DNA of 64,000 nt from an uncultured bacterium (GCA_965541585.1 CBEUCH010000003.1:96001-160000), one strand, 5' to 3'. Positions 10,704 to 23,903 are shown, numbered from the stretch's first letter. Notes: generated by a model not told the origin, from the letters alone. Translations and numbers: made by a program.

Positions 10704-11927
10704 TCAATCGGCCAATGATGTCCTGAGGATCTCTACGGTTTGCGTGGCTCTAATCTCTGTTGAGTTCAAACGAGCCGTTTCCATCCTTTTTTTTATAAGT
10801 AGTTCATTATCCTCCATAATAGCATGCCCGATCAGCGCAATAAATTCAGAATTGTTCCGCGCTATATAGGCTGCATTTCCCAGATGTCTGATAGCGGGGA
10901 AATCTGTTGAAACGATAGGTTTCCCGGCAGCAAGGTATTGAAATATCTTGTTGGGGAAACTATTTTTCATCCACTCGTTTATGCGGAACGGCATTATGCA
11001 TACGTCGAGTCCCTTGAGATAGGCAGGAAGTAATTCGTAGTCTCTAAATCCCAGAAAATATATATTTTGTAACAATTTCAATTCTCTGTATGGTGTGCTC
11101 TTAACGAAATTTCTTGCTCCATTTTCCCGGCCGATCAGTACAATAGAAATATCCGGCCGCTCCCGCGCCAGCTGCTTCACCAGATCGATGTCTGTTAGTT
11201 CGTTTATATTGCCTACAAAGCCTATGCGGGGCGAGGCAATCGATTTTAAATCGCCCGGTATATTCAGATTCAGGCGACGGGCTGATGCAAAATGCCTGTA
11301 ATCGGCGCTATTGGCTACATAATGAGTGTTAGTAAATCGTTTGCTCCTGCTTTTACGCAGCTCTTCTGAGGAGGCGAATACTATATCTACGGCTCCCAGA
11401 ATCTTATTCTCGATGCTAAGTGCTTTTCTTGTACGTTTTGCGCTAAGATCGATTTTGGCTTCGGAAGGATAGACGAGATATTCGTCCGTTACTTCATAAC
11501 ATCTCTTGGCGGCCGGTACTAAGTCGGTCACATAATGCTGGTGGATTTTGAAAACGAATGAAATCATGTTCTTGAATCGCAGGTCGAGTTTTCTTATCGC
11601 CCGGCGCAGCTGGTATTTTATCAAAATACGATCTATACTGGCAAGCCAGGGAATTCGATATCCTGCCCCAAATGTTACCAGCGATAGGGGGCGGAAAAAG
11701 AGAATGCCGCCTTCTCCCTTCCTGATTCTCGCCCGGTTGATGATGATATGGTATAATCGGCCGGGATGTAACCAGAACATAAGAATTCCTGCGGGAGGTT
11801 CGATAGCCAGCACAGGATGCAATGCCGCCATCGCGAGCCAGCGAGGGCGCCGGGAATATAAACGCCACTCCAGAGGTAAAAATATGAGAAATAAAAATTC
11901 TTTGCTGCTGCTTTTCACTGCTGACAT
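10704..11927 (-). CDS. Glycosyltransferase, GT4/TuaH-like
   Basis: IGFVG, LDVCIMPF, PNKIFQYLAAGKPIVST; ATG at 11927 preceded by GGAGG. Confidence 0.88.
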   Translation of the reverse strand: MSAVKSSSKEFLFLIFLPLEWRLYSRRPRWLAMAALHPVLAIEPPAGILMFWLHPGRLYHIIINRARIRKGEGGILFFRPLSLVTFGAGYRIPWLASIDRILIKYQLRRAIRKLDLRFKNMISFVFKIHQHYVTDLVPAAKRCYEVTDEYLVYPSEAKIDLSAKRTRKALSIENKILGAVDIVFASSEELRKSRSKRFTNTHYVANSADYRHFASARRLNLNIPGDLKSIASPRIGFVGNINELTDIDLVKQLARERPDISIVLIGRENGARNFVKSTPYRELKLLQNIYFLGFRDYELLPAYLKGLDVCIMPFRINEWMKNSFPNKIFQYLAAGKPIVSTDFPAIRHLGNAAYIARNNSEFIALIGHAIMEDNELLIKKRMETARLNSTEIRATQTVEILRTSLAD

Positions 11928-12190
11928 CGAACGTGCCTCCAGAAAAATAAGCGCCGGGTTGCCAGCCTGCGTATGCTTGGTAAGCGCGGGATACAGCAAT
12001 TAAAGCGTCTGAAGATTTTCATTTCCGATTCCAGAGAATTACACAATGTTTTAAGCTATCATTCTGCGGAGTAATAGTCAACTATTAAACCCTCGATTTA
12101 ATGAAATATGATTCTCGAAATCTCGTTATTGGACATTGAAAGAAAGTAATTGACTTTGAGCGAAGCTGCCATATATTCGCCTCGGTCGAT

Positions 12191-12268
12191 GTCCCCATCG
12201 TCTAGCCTGGTCTAGGACACCGCCCTTTCACGGCGGCGGCAGGGGTTCAAATCCCCTTGGGGACGCCA
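12191..12268 (+). tRNA. tRNA-Glu (TTC)
   Basis: Cloverleaf GTCCCCA...TGGGGAC, anticodon stem CCGCC/GGCGG around CT-TTC-AC, GTTCAAATC T-loop, encoded CCA. Confidence 0.97.
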
Positions 12269-12294
12269 GAAGTATCTTGGAAGATAGTGATTTT

Positions 12295-12756
12295 ATGGTC
12301 TCATTTCTGAAAAGACTGATTGACACCAACCAGCGCCAGGCCGCTGAGGAAATCAGCCATGCTGATATTCAAACCAAGCTCCGGATTGCAACCTGCGCTA
12401 TCTTAGTCGAGATAGCCAATTCCGATGATGAATTCACCGACGACGAGAGAGTCAGGATTGTCGAAGCGCTGTCTGAGAAATTCGATCTTTCAGATGATGA
12501 GGCCCACGAACTGATCGAGATTGCCCAGGAGAGGATCAAAGAAAGTATCGATATCTGGAGTTTCACGAAAACCATAAATGAGGTTTTCACCGAGGATCAG
12601 AAAATCAGGGTTTTGGAAACGATCTGGAAGGTAATCTATGCCGATGGTGAGCTAAGCCAGCACGAAGATTCCCTGGTTCATAAGCTGTCTTATCTATTGG
12701 GGTTGAAGCATAAGCAGCTCATAGACGCCAAACTGAAAGCACTGGGAAAGAAGTAA
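12295..12756 (+). CDS. TerB-family (tellurite resistance-like) protein
   Basis: ILVEIANSDDEFTDDE, WKVIYADGELSQHE motifs; start uncertain (12277 or 12295). Confidence 0.85.
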   Translation: MVSFLKRLIDTNQRQAAEEISHADIQTKLRIATCAILVEIANSDDEFTDDERVRIVEALSEKFDLSDDEAHELIEIAQERIKESIDIWSFTKTINEVFTEDQKIRVLETIWKVIYADGELSQHEDSLVHKLSYLLGLKHKQLIDAKLKALGKK

Positions 12757-12918
12757 TTTCCCATTATCCGGCACTTTTCCATAAAAACAGTCATAGTCAG
12801 GCTCCGGAAAAGGCAAAGACAATTATTTATAAAACGTTTGACTGGAGCACGAGGCTCGCTATAATTGATTCGGTAGAATGTGGAATATGGAAACCACCAG
12901 ATAAGCGAGGGTAGCTCC

Positions 12919-13686
12919 ATGTCTGACGATAAATCAAAAACCAATATTACGAGCATAGAGTCCGGAAAGATTCGTATCAAGGGTTATGACATAGTTGATC
13001 TCATGGGCAGGAAAAGCTTCTCGGACATCGTCTTTTTAGTTTTGAAGGGGGAGTTGCCTTCGCCGGCCGAGGCTAAGATGATGGACGCGATTCTTGCCAG
13101 CTCTGTCGATCATGGCGTTACGCCGCCCTCGTCTCTGGCGACACGAACCGTAGTCTCCGGTGGAAACCCGCTCAACGCGGCTGTTGCCGGTGGAATCCTG
13201 ACGATAGGCGATACTCATGGAGGAGCCATCGAGCAATGTGCCCGGATACTGCAGGAATGGGCGCCGCGACAAGGCGATGGGAATAGTATCGCGCAGGAGC
13301 TATTAGACGATCTCTCGTCACGCAAGATGCGGATGCCCGGTTTCGGACATCGGCTTCACAAGACCGATCCCCGAACCACCAGGCTGTTTGAGATGGCGGA
13401 CCAACTCGATTTCTCCGGTAAGCATCAAAAACTTGCCAGGGCAGTGGAAAAGGCCTTCGCTGAAAAAGGGAAGGCCCTCCCCATAAATGTGGATGGCGCC
13501 ATAGCGGCGGTCATATCCGACATGGGATTCGACTGGAGGCTGGGCAAGGGCTTTTTCATCATATCGCGCACAGTCGGGCTTGTGGCCCAGGCATACGAGG
13601 AAAGAACTCGCGAAAAGCCGATGAGAAGGCTCGGTCTTGAGAATTATGAGTACGATGGCCCTGCACCCCGGAGATTGAACAGTTGA
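12919..13686 (+). CDS. Citryl-CoA lyase (short citrate synthase family)
   Basis: About 255 aa; DHGVTPPS, HGGAIE, PGFGHRLH..DPR, INVDGAIA. Upstream TTGACT-16-TATAAT at 12838-12865. Confidence 0.85.
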   Translation: MSDDKSKTNITSIESGKIRIKGYDIVDLMGRKSFSDIVFLVLKGELPSPAEAKMMDAILASSVDHGVTPPSSLATRTVVSGGNPLNAAVAGGILTIGDTHGGAIEQCARILQEWAPRQGDGNSIAQELLDDLSSRKMRMPGFGHRLHKTDPRTTRLFEMADQLDFSGKHQKLARAVEKAFAEKGKALPINVDGAIAAVISDMGFDWRLGKGFFIISRTVGLVAQAYEERTREKPMRRLGLENYEYDGPAPRRLNS

Positions 13687-13695
13687 TATTTTAAC

Positions 13696-13723
13696 TTGAC
13701 ACCATAATGAATTGGCATATATT
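13696..13723 (+). promoter_or_regulatory. Sigma70-type promoter of atp operon
   Basis: TTGACA-N16-TATATT upstream of the first atp gene. Confidence 0.55.
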
Positions 13724-13749
13724 CACGAACTGTTTTGAGATGAGGAATC

Positions 13750-14004
13750 GTGTCGCCGAAATCCAGCAGCCCTAAAAAGCAGGATAGCGGGCAGTCGGGC
13801 TACCGGCAGGTTGCGCTGGCGACGACGATCCCGATCATTATGCTGGCAGCTCCTGCGGTCGGTTATTTTATCGGACAATACCTGGATCGATTGGCGGGAA
13901 CGGAGCGCGTTTTGACAGTGGTTTTTTTGCTTCTGGGTGTGGCTGCAGGCGGCGTGGAGACATACAGGCTAATCAAAGAAATCGTGAAAGAAGATAAAGG
14001 CTGA
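13750..14004 (+). CDS. AtpZ/AtpI-family membrane protein
   Basis: GYFIGQYLDR motif, 2 TM helices, first gene of atp operon. Confidence 0.85.
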   Translation: MSPKSSSPKKQDSGQSGYRQVALATTIPIIMLAAPAVGYFIGQYLDRLAGTERVLTVVFLLLGVAAGGVETYRLIKEIVKEDKG

Positions 14005-14005
14005 A

Positions 14006-14401
14006 GTGGACCTACAGTTCGTCAATAGAGTAATCAAAACAACCCTGGTACTGGCAGGGTTATTATTTCCCTTCTTTGCCTTATACTTTAGCATGAATTT
14101 CGCTCTTGCGGTTCTTTTCGGCGCTCTCTGGGGATGCTTGAATCTTCTGGCAATCAGATTTATAGTTGTCAGCCTGCTGACCCCTCATAGGAAAAACCTC
14201 GCCCTCGGCTTAATAATATTATTCGTCAAATTGCCCGTTCTCTATGGTATCGGCTATTTACTTATTGCCTGGAATTACCTACCGATCGGCGGATTGCTGT
14301 GGGGATTCTCGGGGATCTTGATAGTTATGGTGCTGAAGGTCCTGGGACGGATGTATCTGGGTCTGGATAACAAGGTGAAAGCGAACGAAACTAACGTATG
14401 A
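14006..14401 (+). CDS. atpI: ATP synthase protein I
   Basis: 4 TM helices, position before atpB. Confidence 0.75.
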   Translation: MDLQFVNRVIKTTLVLAGLLFPFFALYFSMNFALAVLFGALWGCLNLLAIRFIVVSLLTPHRKNLALGLIILFVKLPVLYGIGYLLIAWNYLPIGGLLWGFSGILIVMVLKVLGRMYLGLDNKVKANETNV

Positions 14402-15294
14402 ATAATCTTCTTTCCTCTATCTTGATCTCTGCAAAGCAACCGCGTCATGAGGCGGCTGATACCGTGTCAAACGTCGTTGGTCACATCTCGGAGCATACCC
14501 CGGAGGCGGCGGAACATGGAGCGGAAGCGGCAGCAGCTCACAGTCCTGAGTTTCCCAATATCATCGAAATATTGAATCACTATATCGCCAGCGATTTTAC
14601 TCAATTCCTTTTTGATTTTCGTATAGTGGTCTTCTCGCTTATTGTAGGCGCGATACTCTCGATTCTGGCCATTGCGGCCTATCGCAGGCGGTCTTTGATT
14701 CCGGGACCGCTTCAAAACTTTGTCGAATGGGTGGTCGAGGGCTTATCCAATATGGTGGTTACGGTCCTGGGTAAGCAGGGTTATAAATATGTCCCCTTTC
14801 TCGGCACCCTTTTCATTTACATATTCTGCATGAACGTATTCGGCCTGATACCGGGTATGTTCTCATCCACGTCCAAACTGAATACGACATTGGGCCTGGC
14901 TATCTGCGTATTTCTTTATGTGCAGTTTACGGGCATAAGGAATTTCGGTGTTCTGGGATATGTTTTTCACCTGATGGGTTCGCCTAGATCTATCGTGGAA
15001 TGGTGCCTGGTGCCGTTGAATCTGCCGCTGCATATTATTGGCGAGCTGGCCAGGCCGGTTTCGCTTTCTTTACGTCTCTTCGGAAATATAACGGGCGAGG
15101 ATATGCTGCTGGCAATTTTCGCCACTCTCGGCGTAGCGATAATGAGTTTTATGCACCTGCCTGTGGGAATACCGTTACATCTTCCGTTTATATTCCTAGC
15201 GCTGCTGACCAGTTTTGTGCAGGCTCTGGTGTTTACCCTGTTATCAACAATATATTTTTCATTAATGTCTCATCACGAAGAGGAAAGTCACTAA
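14398..15294 (+). CDS. atpB: F0F1 ATP synthase subunit a
   Basis: RPVSLSLRLFGNI, VQALVFTLLSTIY. Confidence 0.97.
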   Translation: MNNLLSSILISAKQPRHEAADTVSNVVGHISEHTPEAAEHGAEAAAAHSPEFPNIIEILNHYIASDFTQFLFDFRIVVFSLIVGAILSILAIAAYRRRSLIPGPLQNFVEWVVEGLSNMVVTVLGKQGYKYVPFLGTLFIYIFCMNVFGLIPGMFSSTSKLNTTLGLAICVFLYVQFTGIRNFGVLGYVFHLMGSPRSIVEWCLVPLNLPLHIIGELARPVSLSLRLFGNITGEDMLLAIFATLGVAIMSFMHLPVGIPLHLPFIFLALLTSFVQALVFTLLSTIYFSLMSHHEEESH

Positions 15295-15305
15295 AGGAGG
15301 AATAG

Positions 15306-15527
15306 ATGGATCCTAAGACAGCAGTTCAATTTGCCCTGCCGCTGGCAGTCGGTCTGGCCGCGGTCGGTTCTGGACTTGGCCTCGGCCGCGCCGTTGGCGC
15401 TGCCATGGAGGCTATGGGACGGCAACCGGATGCTGCCGGCAAGATTCAGACCGGCATGATCATCGGCGCTGCGTTCATCGAGGCATTGACGATCTACGCT
15501 CTTGTTTCCGTGATTCTGATCAAATAG
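15306..15527 (+). CDS. atpE: F0F1 ATP synthase subunit c (H+-type)
   Basis: GxGxG, RQP loop, AFIEALTIY; lacks the Gln and ES/T Na+ ligands. Confidence 0.97.
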   Translation: MDPKTAVQFALPLAVGLAAVGSGLGLGRAVGAAMEAMGRQPDAAGKIQTGMIIGAAFIEALTIYALVSVILIK

Positions 15528-15528
15528 C

Positions 15529-16035
15529 ATGGAGGAGATGACGCAGGCGCTGGAATTAGACTGGCGCATAATCATAACCCAGATTATAGGTTTCCTTCTT
15601 GCTGTATGGATACTTAAGGCCTTCGCCTGGAAACCGCTTTTAAAGATGCTCGATGATCGCAAGCAGAAGATCATCGGCGATATAAAGGAAGCGGAGAATA
15701 TCAAGTCCGACGCCAATAAGATGCTGGACGAGTATCAGTTGCAGCTTCGAGATATAGAGACCGAGGCGCGGGCCAAGATACAGGAAGCGGTCTCCGATGG
15801 AAATCGAATTGCGTCCGAGATCAGGGAACAGGCCCGGGATGAGTCCAGGCTGATATTGGCTAAATCGCGAGAAGAGCTCGCCAGGGATGTTGCCAAGGCG
15901 AGAGTTCAACTTCGCGATGATATGGCAAGTATGGCGGTCAGGGCTGCCGAGAAGATCATTTCGATCAAACTCGATGATTCCGAGCAGAAAAGACTCCTCG
16001 ATGATTTCTTGAAGGAGGTCGACCGGACTGAATGA
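15529..16035 (+). CDS. atpF: F0F1 ATP synthase subunit b
   Basis: N-terminal TM, WKPLLKMLDDR, coiled coil. Confidence 0.95.
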   Translation: MEEMTQALELDWRIIITQIIGFLLAVWILKAFAWKPLLKMLDDRKQKIIGDIKEAENIKSDANKMLDEYQLQLRDIETEARAKIQEAVSDGNRIASEIREQARDESRLILAKSREELARDVAKARVQLRDDMASMAVRAAEKIISIKLDDSEQKRLLDDFLKEVDRTE

Positions 16036-16580
16036 AGGAAACGCGTGTTGCCAGGCGTTATGCCCAGGCTCTTTTCAATGTCGCCCTTTCGAGGGGAGCT
16101 ATCGATATCGTTGGGTCCGAACTGTTTCAGTTGAAATCCTTCAGCGAAAAAGATAAGCGGCTGATCGATTTTCTCAAGGCTCCGCAGGTTGTGACCGATC
16201 ATAAGATCGCATTGGTGAAGACTCTGTTCACCACGCGCCTGTCCCCGGCCCTGCTTTCTTTCGTTTTGCTTCTGATTAAAAAAGCGAGAATAAACCTCTT
16301 AACAGAGATCGGCCGGGAGTTCGAGAAGCTCCTCGAGGAACACAAAGGACTCATCAAAGCGCGAGTGACGACGGCGGTTGATATCGAAAACGATTACAAA
16401 GAGCTACTTGTACGCAAGCTCGAGGATATCACCGGTAAGAAAATCCGGCTCGTGCACAGGATAAACAAAAAAATCATCGGCGGGATAATCGTTCAACTCA
16501 ATAATAAAGTTATTGATCGTTCCGTGAGATTTCAACTAAGTACCTTAAAGCATGATTTGATGGCGTTGAAGGTTTACTAA
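16032..16580 (+). CDS. atpH: F0F1 ATP synthase subunit delta
   Basis: ARRYAQALF, IIGGIIVQ...IDRSV. Confidence 0.95.
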   Translation: MKETRVARRYAQALFNVALSRGAIDIVGSELFQLKSFSEKDKRLIDFLKAPQVVTDHKIALVKTLFTTRLSPALLSFVLLLIKKARINLLTEIGREFEKLLEEHKGLIKARVTTAVDIENDYKELLVRKLEDITGKKIRLVHRINKKIIGGIIVQLNNKVIDRSVRFQLSTLKHDLMALKVY

Positions 16581-16592
16581 AGGGGATTATAT

Positions 16593-18107
16593 ATGGCGTT
16601 TCGACCCGAAGAAGTAAGCACCATTCTTCAAAAGGAAATAGAAAAATACGAGACCAAACTCGAGATGGAATCGGTGGGGACGATTCTGCAGGTCGGAGAT
16701 GGCATCGCCCGGATATGGGGATTGGAAGATGCCATGCAATCAGAACTCCTGCAATTTCCCAATGATATTATCGGGCTGGTTTTGAACCTGGAGGAGGATT
16801 CGGTCTCCGCCGCCATTTTCGGCGCAGATACTCAGATAAAAGAGGGGGATACGGTTAAAAAGACCGGCGCCGTGGCCCGGGTTCCGGTTGGTGAGGCCCT
16901 GGTGGGCAGGGTCGTGAATTCTCTGGGGAAGCCTCTTGACGGCAAGGGCCCGATCGTCACTGATAAGTACCGGCCCATCGAGGGCAAGGCTCCCAATGTC
17001 ATCAGCAGGCAGCCGGTTAAAGAGCCGGTGCAGACGGGGCTGAAGGCGGTCGATTCAATGATTCCGATCGGGCGTGGACAGCGTGAACTGATAATCGGTG
17101 ATCGCCAAACCGGCAAAACGGCGCTGGCCCTGGATGCCATCATCAACCAGCGCGACTCCGATATCTTCTGTGTTTATGTTGCCATCGGCCAGAAATCATC
17201 AACTGTTGCGCAGGTGGTGGAGACATTAAGAAAACATGGCGCCATGGAATACACAACCGTGGTCGTGGCCGGCGCTGACGATCCGGCTCCGCTACAGTAT
17301 ATTGCCCCTTATGCGGGTTGCGCCATCGGCGAGGAGTTCCTCTACACCGGCCGGCATTCGCTCTGCATTTACGATGACCTTTCCAAGCATGCCCAGGCGT
17401 ACAGACAGCTTGCACTTCTTGTTCGACGTCCTCCTGGCCGGGAGGCATATCCGGGCGATGTTTTCTACCTGCATTCGCGTTTGCTGGAGAGAGCCGCTAA
17501 ACTCTCCGACGAGAAGGGCGGGGGATCTCTGACCGCTTTGCCCATCATCGAAACCCAGGCGGGCGACGTTGCGGCTTATATCCCCACTAACGTTATCTCG
17601 ATCACTGACGGCCAGATTTATCTCGAATCAGATCTGTTCTATTCAGGCGTCAGGCCGGCGATCAATGTCGGTATCTCGGTGTCACGTGTCGGCGGAAACG
17701 CACAGGTCAAAGCCATGAGAAAGGTCGCCGGTCGCTTGAGACTGGATCTGGCACAATACCGGGAACTGGCCGCATTCGCTCAATTCGGCTCCGATCTTGA
17801 CGAAACCACGCAGAGGCAACTCACCAGGGGAGAGAGGACGGTCGAAATCCTGAAGCAGAATCAATATATCCCCATGCCTCTGGAGAGGCAGGTGGCTATC
17901 ATCTGGGTCGCAGTTAACGGTTATCTCGATGAACTCCCGAACGATTCATGTAAGAGATTCGAAGAGGAGTTTTTCTCCTTTTTGCAGAAGGACTATCCTG
18001 ATGTTCTTCATGATATATCAACGAAGAAAGATCTCGATGAAAACACCGAGGAAAAGCTAAAAAAAGCCGTACCGAAATTCAGGGATGAATTCAAGTCTCG
18101 ACTCTGA
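16593..18107 (+). CDS. atpA: F0F1 ATP synthase subunit alpha
   Basis: [21 protein letters not shown]. Confidence 0.99.
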   Translation: MAFRPEEVSTILQKEIEKYETKLEMESVGTILQVGDGIARIWGLEDAMQSELLQFPNDIIGLVLNLEEDSVSAAIFGADTQIKEGDTVKKTGAVARVPVGEALVGRVVNSLGKPLDGKGPIVTDKYRPIEGKAPNVISRQPVKEPVQTGLKAVDSMIPIGRGQRELIIGDRQTGKTALALDAIINQRDSDIFCVYVAIGQKSSTVAQVVETLRKHGAMEYTTVVVAGADDPAPLQYIAPYAGCAIGEEFLYTGRHSLCIYDDLSKHAQAYRQLALLVRRPPGREAYPGDVFYLHSRLLERAAKLSDEKGGGSLTALPIIETQAGDVAAYIPTNVISITDGQIYLESDLFYSGVRPAINVGISVSRVGGNAQVKAMRKVAGRLRLDLAQYRELAAFAQFGSDLDETTQRQLTRGERTVEILKQNQYIPMPLERQVAIIWVAVNGYLDELPNDSCKRFEEEFFSFLQKDYPDVLHDISTKKDLDENTEEKLKKAVPKFRDEFKSRL

Positions 18108-18140
18108 TTACAGGACGGCTCATATAAACTGGATTGAATA

Positions 18141-18998
18141 ATGCCTTCTCTTCGAGACATAAGACGACGAATCAGATCGGTTCAGAACACCCAGCAGATA
18201 ACCAAAGCCATGGAAATGGTCTCCGCTGCCAAGCTTCGCAAGGCACAGACCAGAGTTGAATCCGCTCGGCCGTATGGATTGAAGCTTCAGCAGATGCTGG
18301 AATCGCTGGCAGAGGCGGCATCCGGGCTGCATCACCCGCTGTTCGAGGAACGGGAAGTGAAAAAGAGGCTGCTGGTGCTTTTTACATCGGATAGGGGATT
18401 GTGCGGCTCTTACAATAGCAATATCGTAAGAACAGCAACGCGTTATCTTAAGGAGTCTGCGGCGGATTCGGTAAAACTCGGCATTATCGGCAAAAAAGCC
18501 TCGGATTACTTCAACAGAAGACCTTACCCGATCTCCTTTTCCATTACTGATCTGGGAGCGAATGTAGATCTGGTTCGAACTCGTCAACTGGCGACGCAGA
18601 TCACCGATATGTTTCAGTTGGGAGAGGTCGACGAGGTTAAGCTCCTTTATACCAGTTTTGTTTCCACGGTCAGCTACAGGATTACTCTGGAAAGATTCCT
18701 GCCGGTCGAAAAACCAGAATCGGCTACCGAAGGGATACCCTCCGATTATATTTTCGAGCCCGATGCCGATATGATTTTTTCGAATCTCGTTCCGAGCTAC
18801 TGTGTAACGAAGATTTTGCAGGCCATGCTTGAGTCTTTTGCATCGGAGCACGGCTCCCGCATGGTATCAATGGGAAATGCAACCAGGAACGCCGGAGAGA
18901 TGATCGATCACCTGACCCTTGTCAGAAACAAGGCACGTCAGTCTGCTATCACCAAGGAGCTTCTCGATATAGTCGGCGGCGTGGAGGCCATAAAATAG
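18141..18998 (+). CDS. atpG: F0F1 ATP synthase subunit gamma
   Basis: ITKAMEMVSAAK, SDRGLCGSYN, RQSAITKE. Confidence 0.98.
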   Translation: MPSLRDIRRRIRSVQNTQQITKAMEMVSAAKLRKAQTRVESARPYGLKLQQMLESLAEAASGLHHPLFEEREVKKRLLVLFTSDRGLCGSYNSNIVRTATRYLKESAADSVKLGIIGKKASDYFNRRPYPISFSITDLGANVDLVRTRQLATQITDMFQLGEVDEVKLLYTSFVSTVSYRITLERFLPVEKPESATEGIPSDYIFEPDADMIFSNLVPSYCVTKILQAMLESFASEHGSRMVSMGNATRNAGEMIDHLTLVRNKARQSAITKELLDIVGGVEAIK

Positions 18999-19083
18999 AA
19001 AACAATTGACGATACTTGATTGGATATAATGAGGATTCAGGCGCAGGATTTCAGATAGAAAGATAAATTGAGATAGAGGTTAG

Positions 19084-20499
<1,416 letters not shown>

Positions 20500-20502
20500 G
20501 AA

Positions 20503-20901
20503 TTGTTCAAGCTCTCCGTCGTTACGCCCGAAAAGGTGGTTTTTGAACAGGATGTGCGCTCCATAGTGGCGCCGGGCAGCGAGGGCTATCTCGGCCTGCT
20601 GACGGACCACGCACCGCTTATAACAGCATTGAGTCCGGGCAAATTAACGGTTACCGACAACGCCGGCAATGAAGTTGATTATAGCGTCACGGGAGGGTTT
20701 CTGGAGGTCTCCGGTAATGTCGCCACTGTGCTGGCCGACGCCATAGAGGCTCCCGATGGAATAGATGTCGAGAGGGCCAGGCGGGCAGAGCAAAGGGCCA
20801 GGGAAAGGTTGTCCCGTCGGGCGGATTCCGATATCGACGAAATCCGCGCCGAGGCCTCTCTCGCCAGGGCGCTCAATAGACAGAAAATGGCCCGAAAATA
20901 G
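20503..20901 (+). CDS. atpC: F0F1 ATP synthase subunit epsilon
   Basis: VVTPE, GYLGLLTDHAPLI, GGFLEV. Confidence 0.97.
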   Translation: MFKLSVVTPEKVVFEQDVRSIVAPGSEGYLGLLTDHAPLITALSPGKLTVTDNAGNEVDYSVTGGFLEVSGNVATVLADAIEAPDGIDVERARRAEQRARERLSRRADSDIDEIRAEASLARALNRQKMARK

Positions 20902-20930
20902 CCTCATTTGCGATATATTTTAGCGCCGGT

Positions 20931-21281
20931 TCAGTTTTTGGCCCAGAGACCGATCTGGTTTCCCTCCAGGTCTGCCAGAATAGCGAAATAACCGATCTCA
21001 GGCCCTATCAAAGTTTTACCCTTGACGGTTTTCCCGCCCATAGCTTCGCTATTCTTGATCGTGCTCTCGATATCCTCCACCTCGATGTAAAGAAAGATCC
21101 CCGCTTTTTCGGCGATGGCATACGCTTTAGAGAATCCGCCGCCAACCCCATCAGGGGCCTTGAAGGTGAGGTAATCCATCTCCTTCATGTAATCGAATTG
21201 CCAGTTGAACAGTCCGCCGTAAAAATTCTTGGCCTTCTCGAAATCTCCGGATGGAATCTCGATATGACATATTCCGTTCAT
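20931..21281 (-). CDS. VOC/glyoxalase family protein
   Basis: HIEIP...AKNFYGGLFNW, DLEGNQIGLW; RBS GGAGG. Confidence 0.92.
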   Translation of the reverse strand: MNGICHIEIPSGDFEKAKNFYGGLFNWQFDYMKEMDYLTFKAPDGVGGGFSKAYAIAEKAGIFLYIEVEDIESTIKNSEAMGGKTVKGKTLIGPEIGYFAILADLEGNQIGLWAKN

Positions 21282-21557
21282 GATTCCTCCTCTATCTTAA
21301 AGGTTGGTATTATTATCATGTCGCAAGAAATTATTTCTGGTTCCATTTGTCAATAGTATTAATCTGAACATATAAAAGTAATTAAGTCTGAAGACTAGTA
21401 GATCGAGGATGTACTGTGGAGGCCCCGATCTATAAAAAATCGCTTGTCATTTAATTGCCCCGGTATTATTTAACACCTGATAGTGGCGGCGATCCCTTTC
21501 TGTATCGACGCTACACCTATAAAGTAGCTTTGTTTTTAATAAACTCAAGGAGGATTA

Positions 21558-21965
21558 ATGAAAATTGTCGGTTATATGGAGGGCACCAACTCCGAGCTTC
21601 TGACGAATCTATTGCTGGAGGGCTTCGAAACCCTGCCGTTATCGAACGGCTGGGATAATCATGGGAAATATATCGCCCATATTAACAGGACTGATGGCCT
21701 CGCACTTGTAGTCGGGTACATACATAAATTCATTCCGCTTTCCACGGAATTCATGGTAGGTGAGGACATTCTGTCGTCTCTCAAAATATACAAAATTCCA
21801 ACCATTTTCATTGTACCCCGGGGTAAACAGGGAAAGGCCCAAAAATTATTGAAAGGCAAAGGGCTTATTTACCAATTTGCTGATCCATCCGATTTAACGA
21901 AGGCTGTTCTCGGCGTTTTGAAGAAGAGACGCCCCGCCAGGAAGAAAACCAGGAAGAAAAAATAA
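21558..21965 (+). CDS. Hypothetical protein upstream of gdhA, basic C-terminal tail
   Basis: Strong RBS AAGGAGG, 135 aa; no family recognised. Confidence 0.8.
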   Translation: MKIVGYMEGTNSELLTNLLLEGFETLPLSNGWDNHGKYIAHINRTDGLALVVGYIHKFIPLSTEFMVGEDILSSLKIYKIPTIFIVPRGKQGKAQKLLKGKGLIYQFADPSDLTKAVLGVLKKRRPARKKTRKKK

Positions 21966-22156
21966 GACTCCCGGAATAAGCACCAATTTTTCAGAAATGG
22001 GTCTAGCCCCATTCATCGGTTGATATCCGAAGGGTGGGGTTTCTAATTCAAGCTCATTTCCGATGTCAGGCGAGAAAATGGGAAATCTGCGAAAATTGTG
22101 ATCCCTTTAAATATTTATCTTGACTCAAAACACAAGTTCATTATTATTGTGGCGTT

Positions 22157-22174
22157 TTGTGAAATTTTGAACAA
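22157..22174 (+). promoter_or_regulatory. Rex/CRP-like operator upstream of gdhA
   Basis: TTGTGAA-ATTT-TGAACAA, just downstream of TTGACT-16-TATTAT (22120-22147). Confidence 0.45.
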
Positions 22175-22284
22175 GCTCCGAGAGGGTGTTTGAAGCTTAG
22201 GGGTTAGGGAGTTTGTGTTTAGAAAGAATCCAAAATCGCCCTTCGCTTTCGAGGGGTTTGAGCGAACAAGATAAGGAGACATAG

Positions 22285-23625
<1,341 letters not shown>

Positions 23626-23704
23626 CTCCGGTATGCAAGGACAATTGGTGTGTGAAATGGTGATCGAGCTTTGATTCGATGCGTCTTAGGTGCAGGATGA
23701 GAGC

Positions 23705-23728
23705 GGCGGGTCATGCGGCCCGCCTTTT
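23705..23728 (+). terminator. Intrinsic terminator after gdhA
   Basis: GGCGGGTC-ATGC-GGCCCGCC-TTTT. Confidence 0.7.
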
Positions 23729-23903
23729 GATTAACGATTCGGATGTTATCCTATAATTGTCTGGACAACGCGCCTGAAATTTCGTAAATGAAAAGCTGCC
23801 GGAGATGTTTGGTCTGGACTTAAGTTCATTCCGGTTACATCATTTTCATGATGGCCGTTTCTCCGTAGATTGAATATTTGGAATCAATAACAAGGAGGAT
23901 GAG

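Noticed and set aside
15306..15527. Na+-translocating ATP synthase
   Set aside because: The c subunit has EAL rather than ES/T and lacks the helix-1 Gln, consistent with H+ coupling.
19006..19030. Internal promoter before atpD (TTGACG...TATAAT)
   Set aside because: Spacer is only 13 nt.
22175..22284. Glutamine (glnA) riboswitch in the gdhA leader
   Set aside because: A hairpin is present but I could not find the conserved glnA motif elements.
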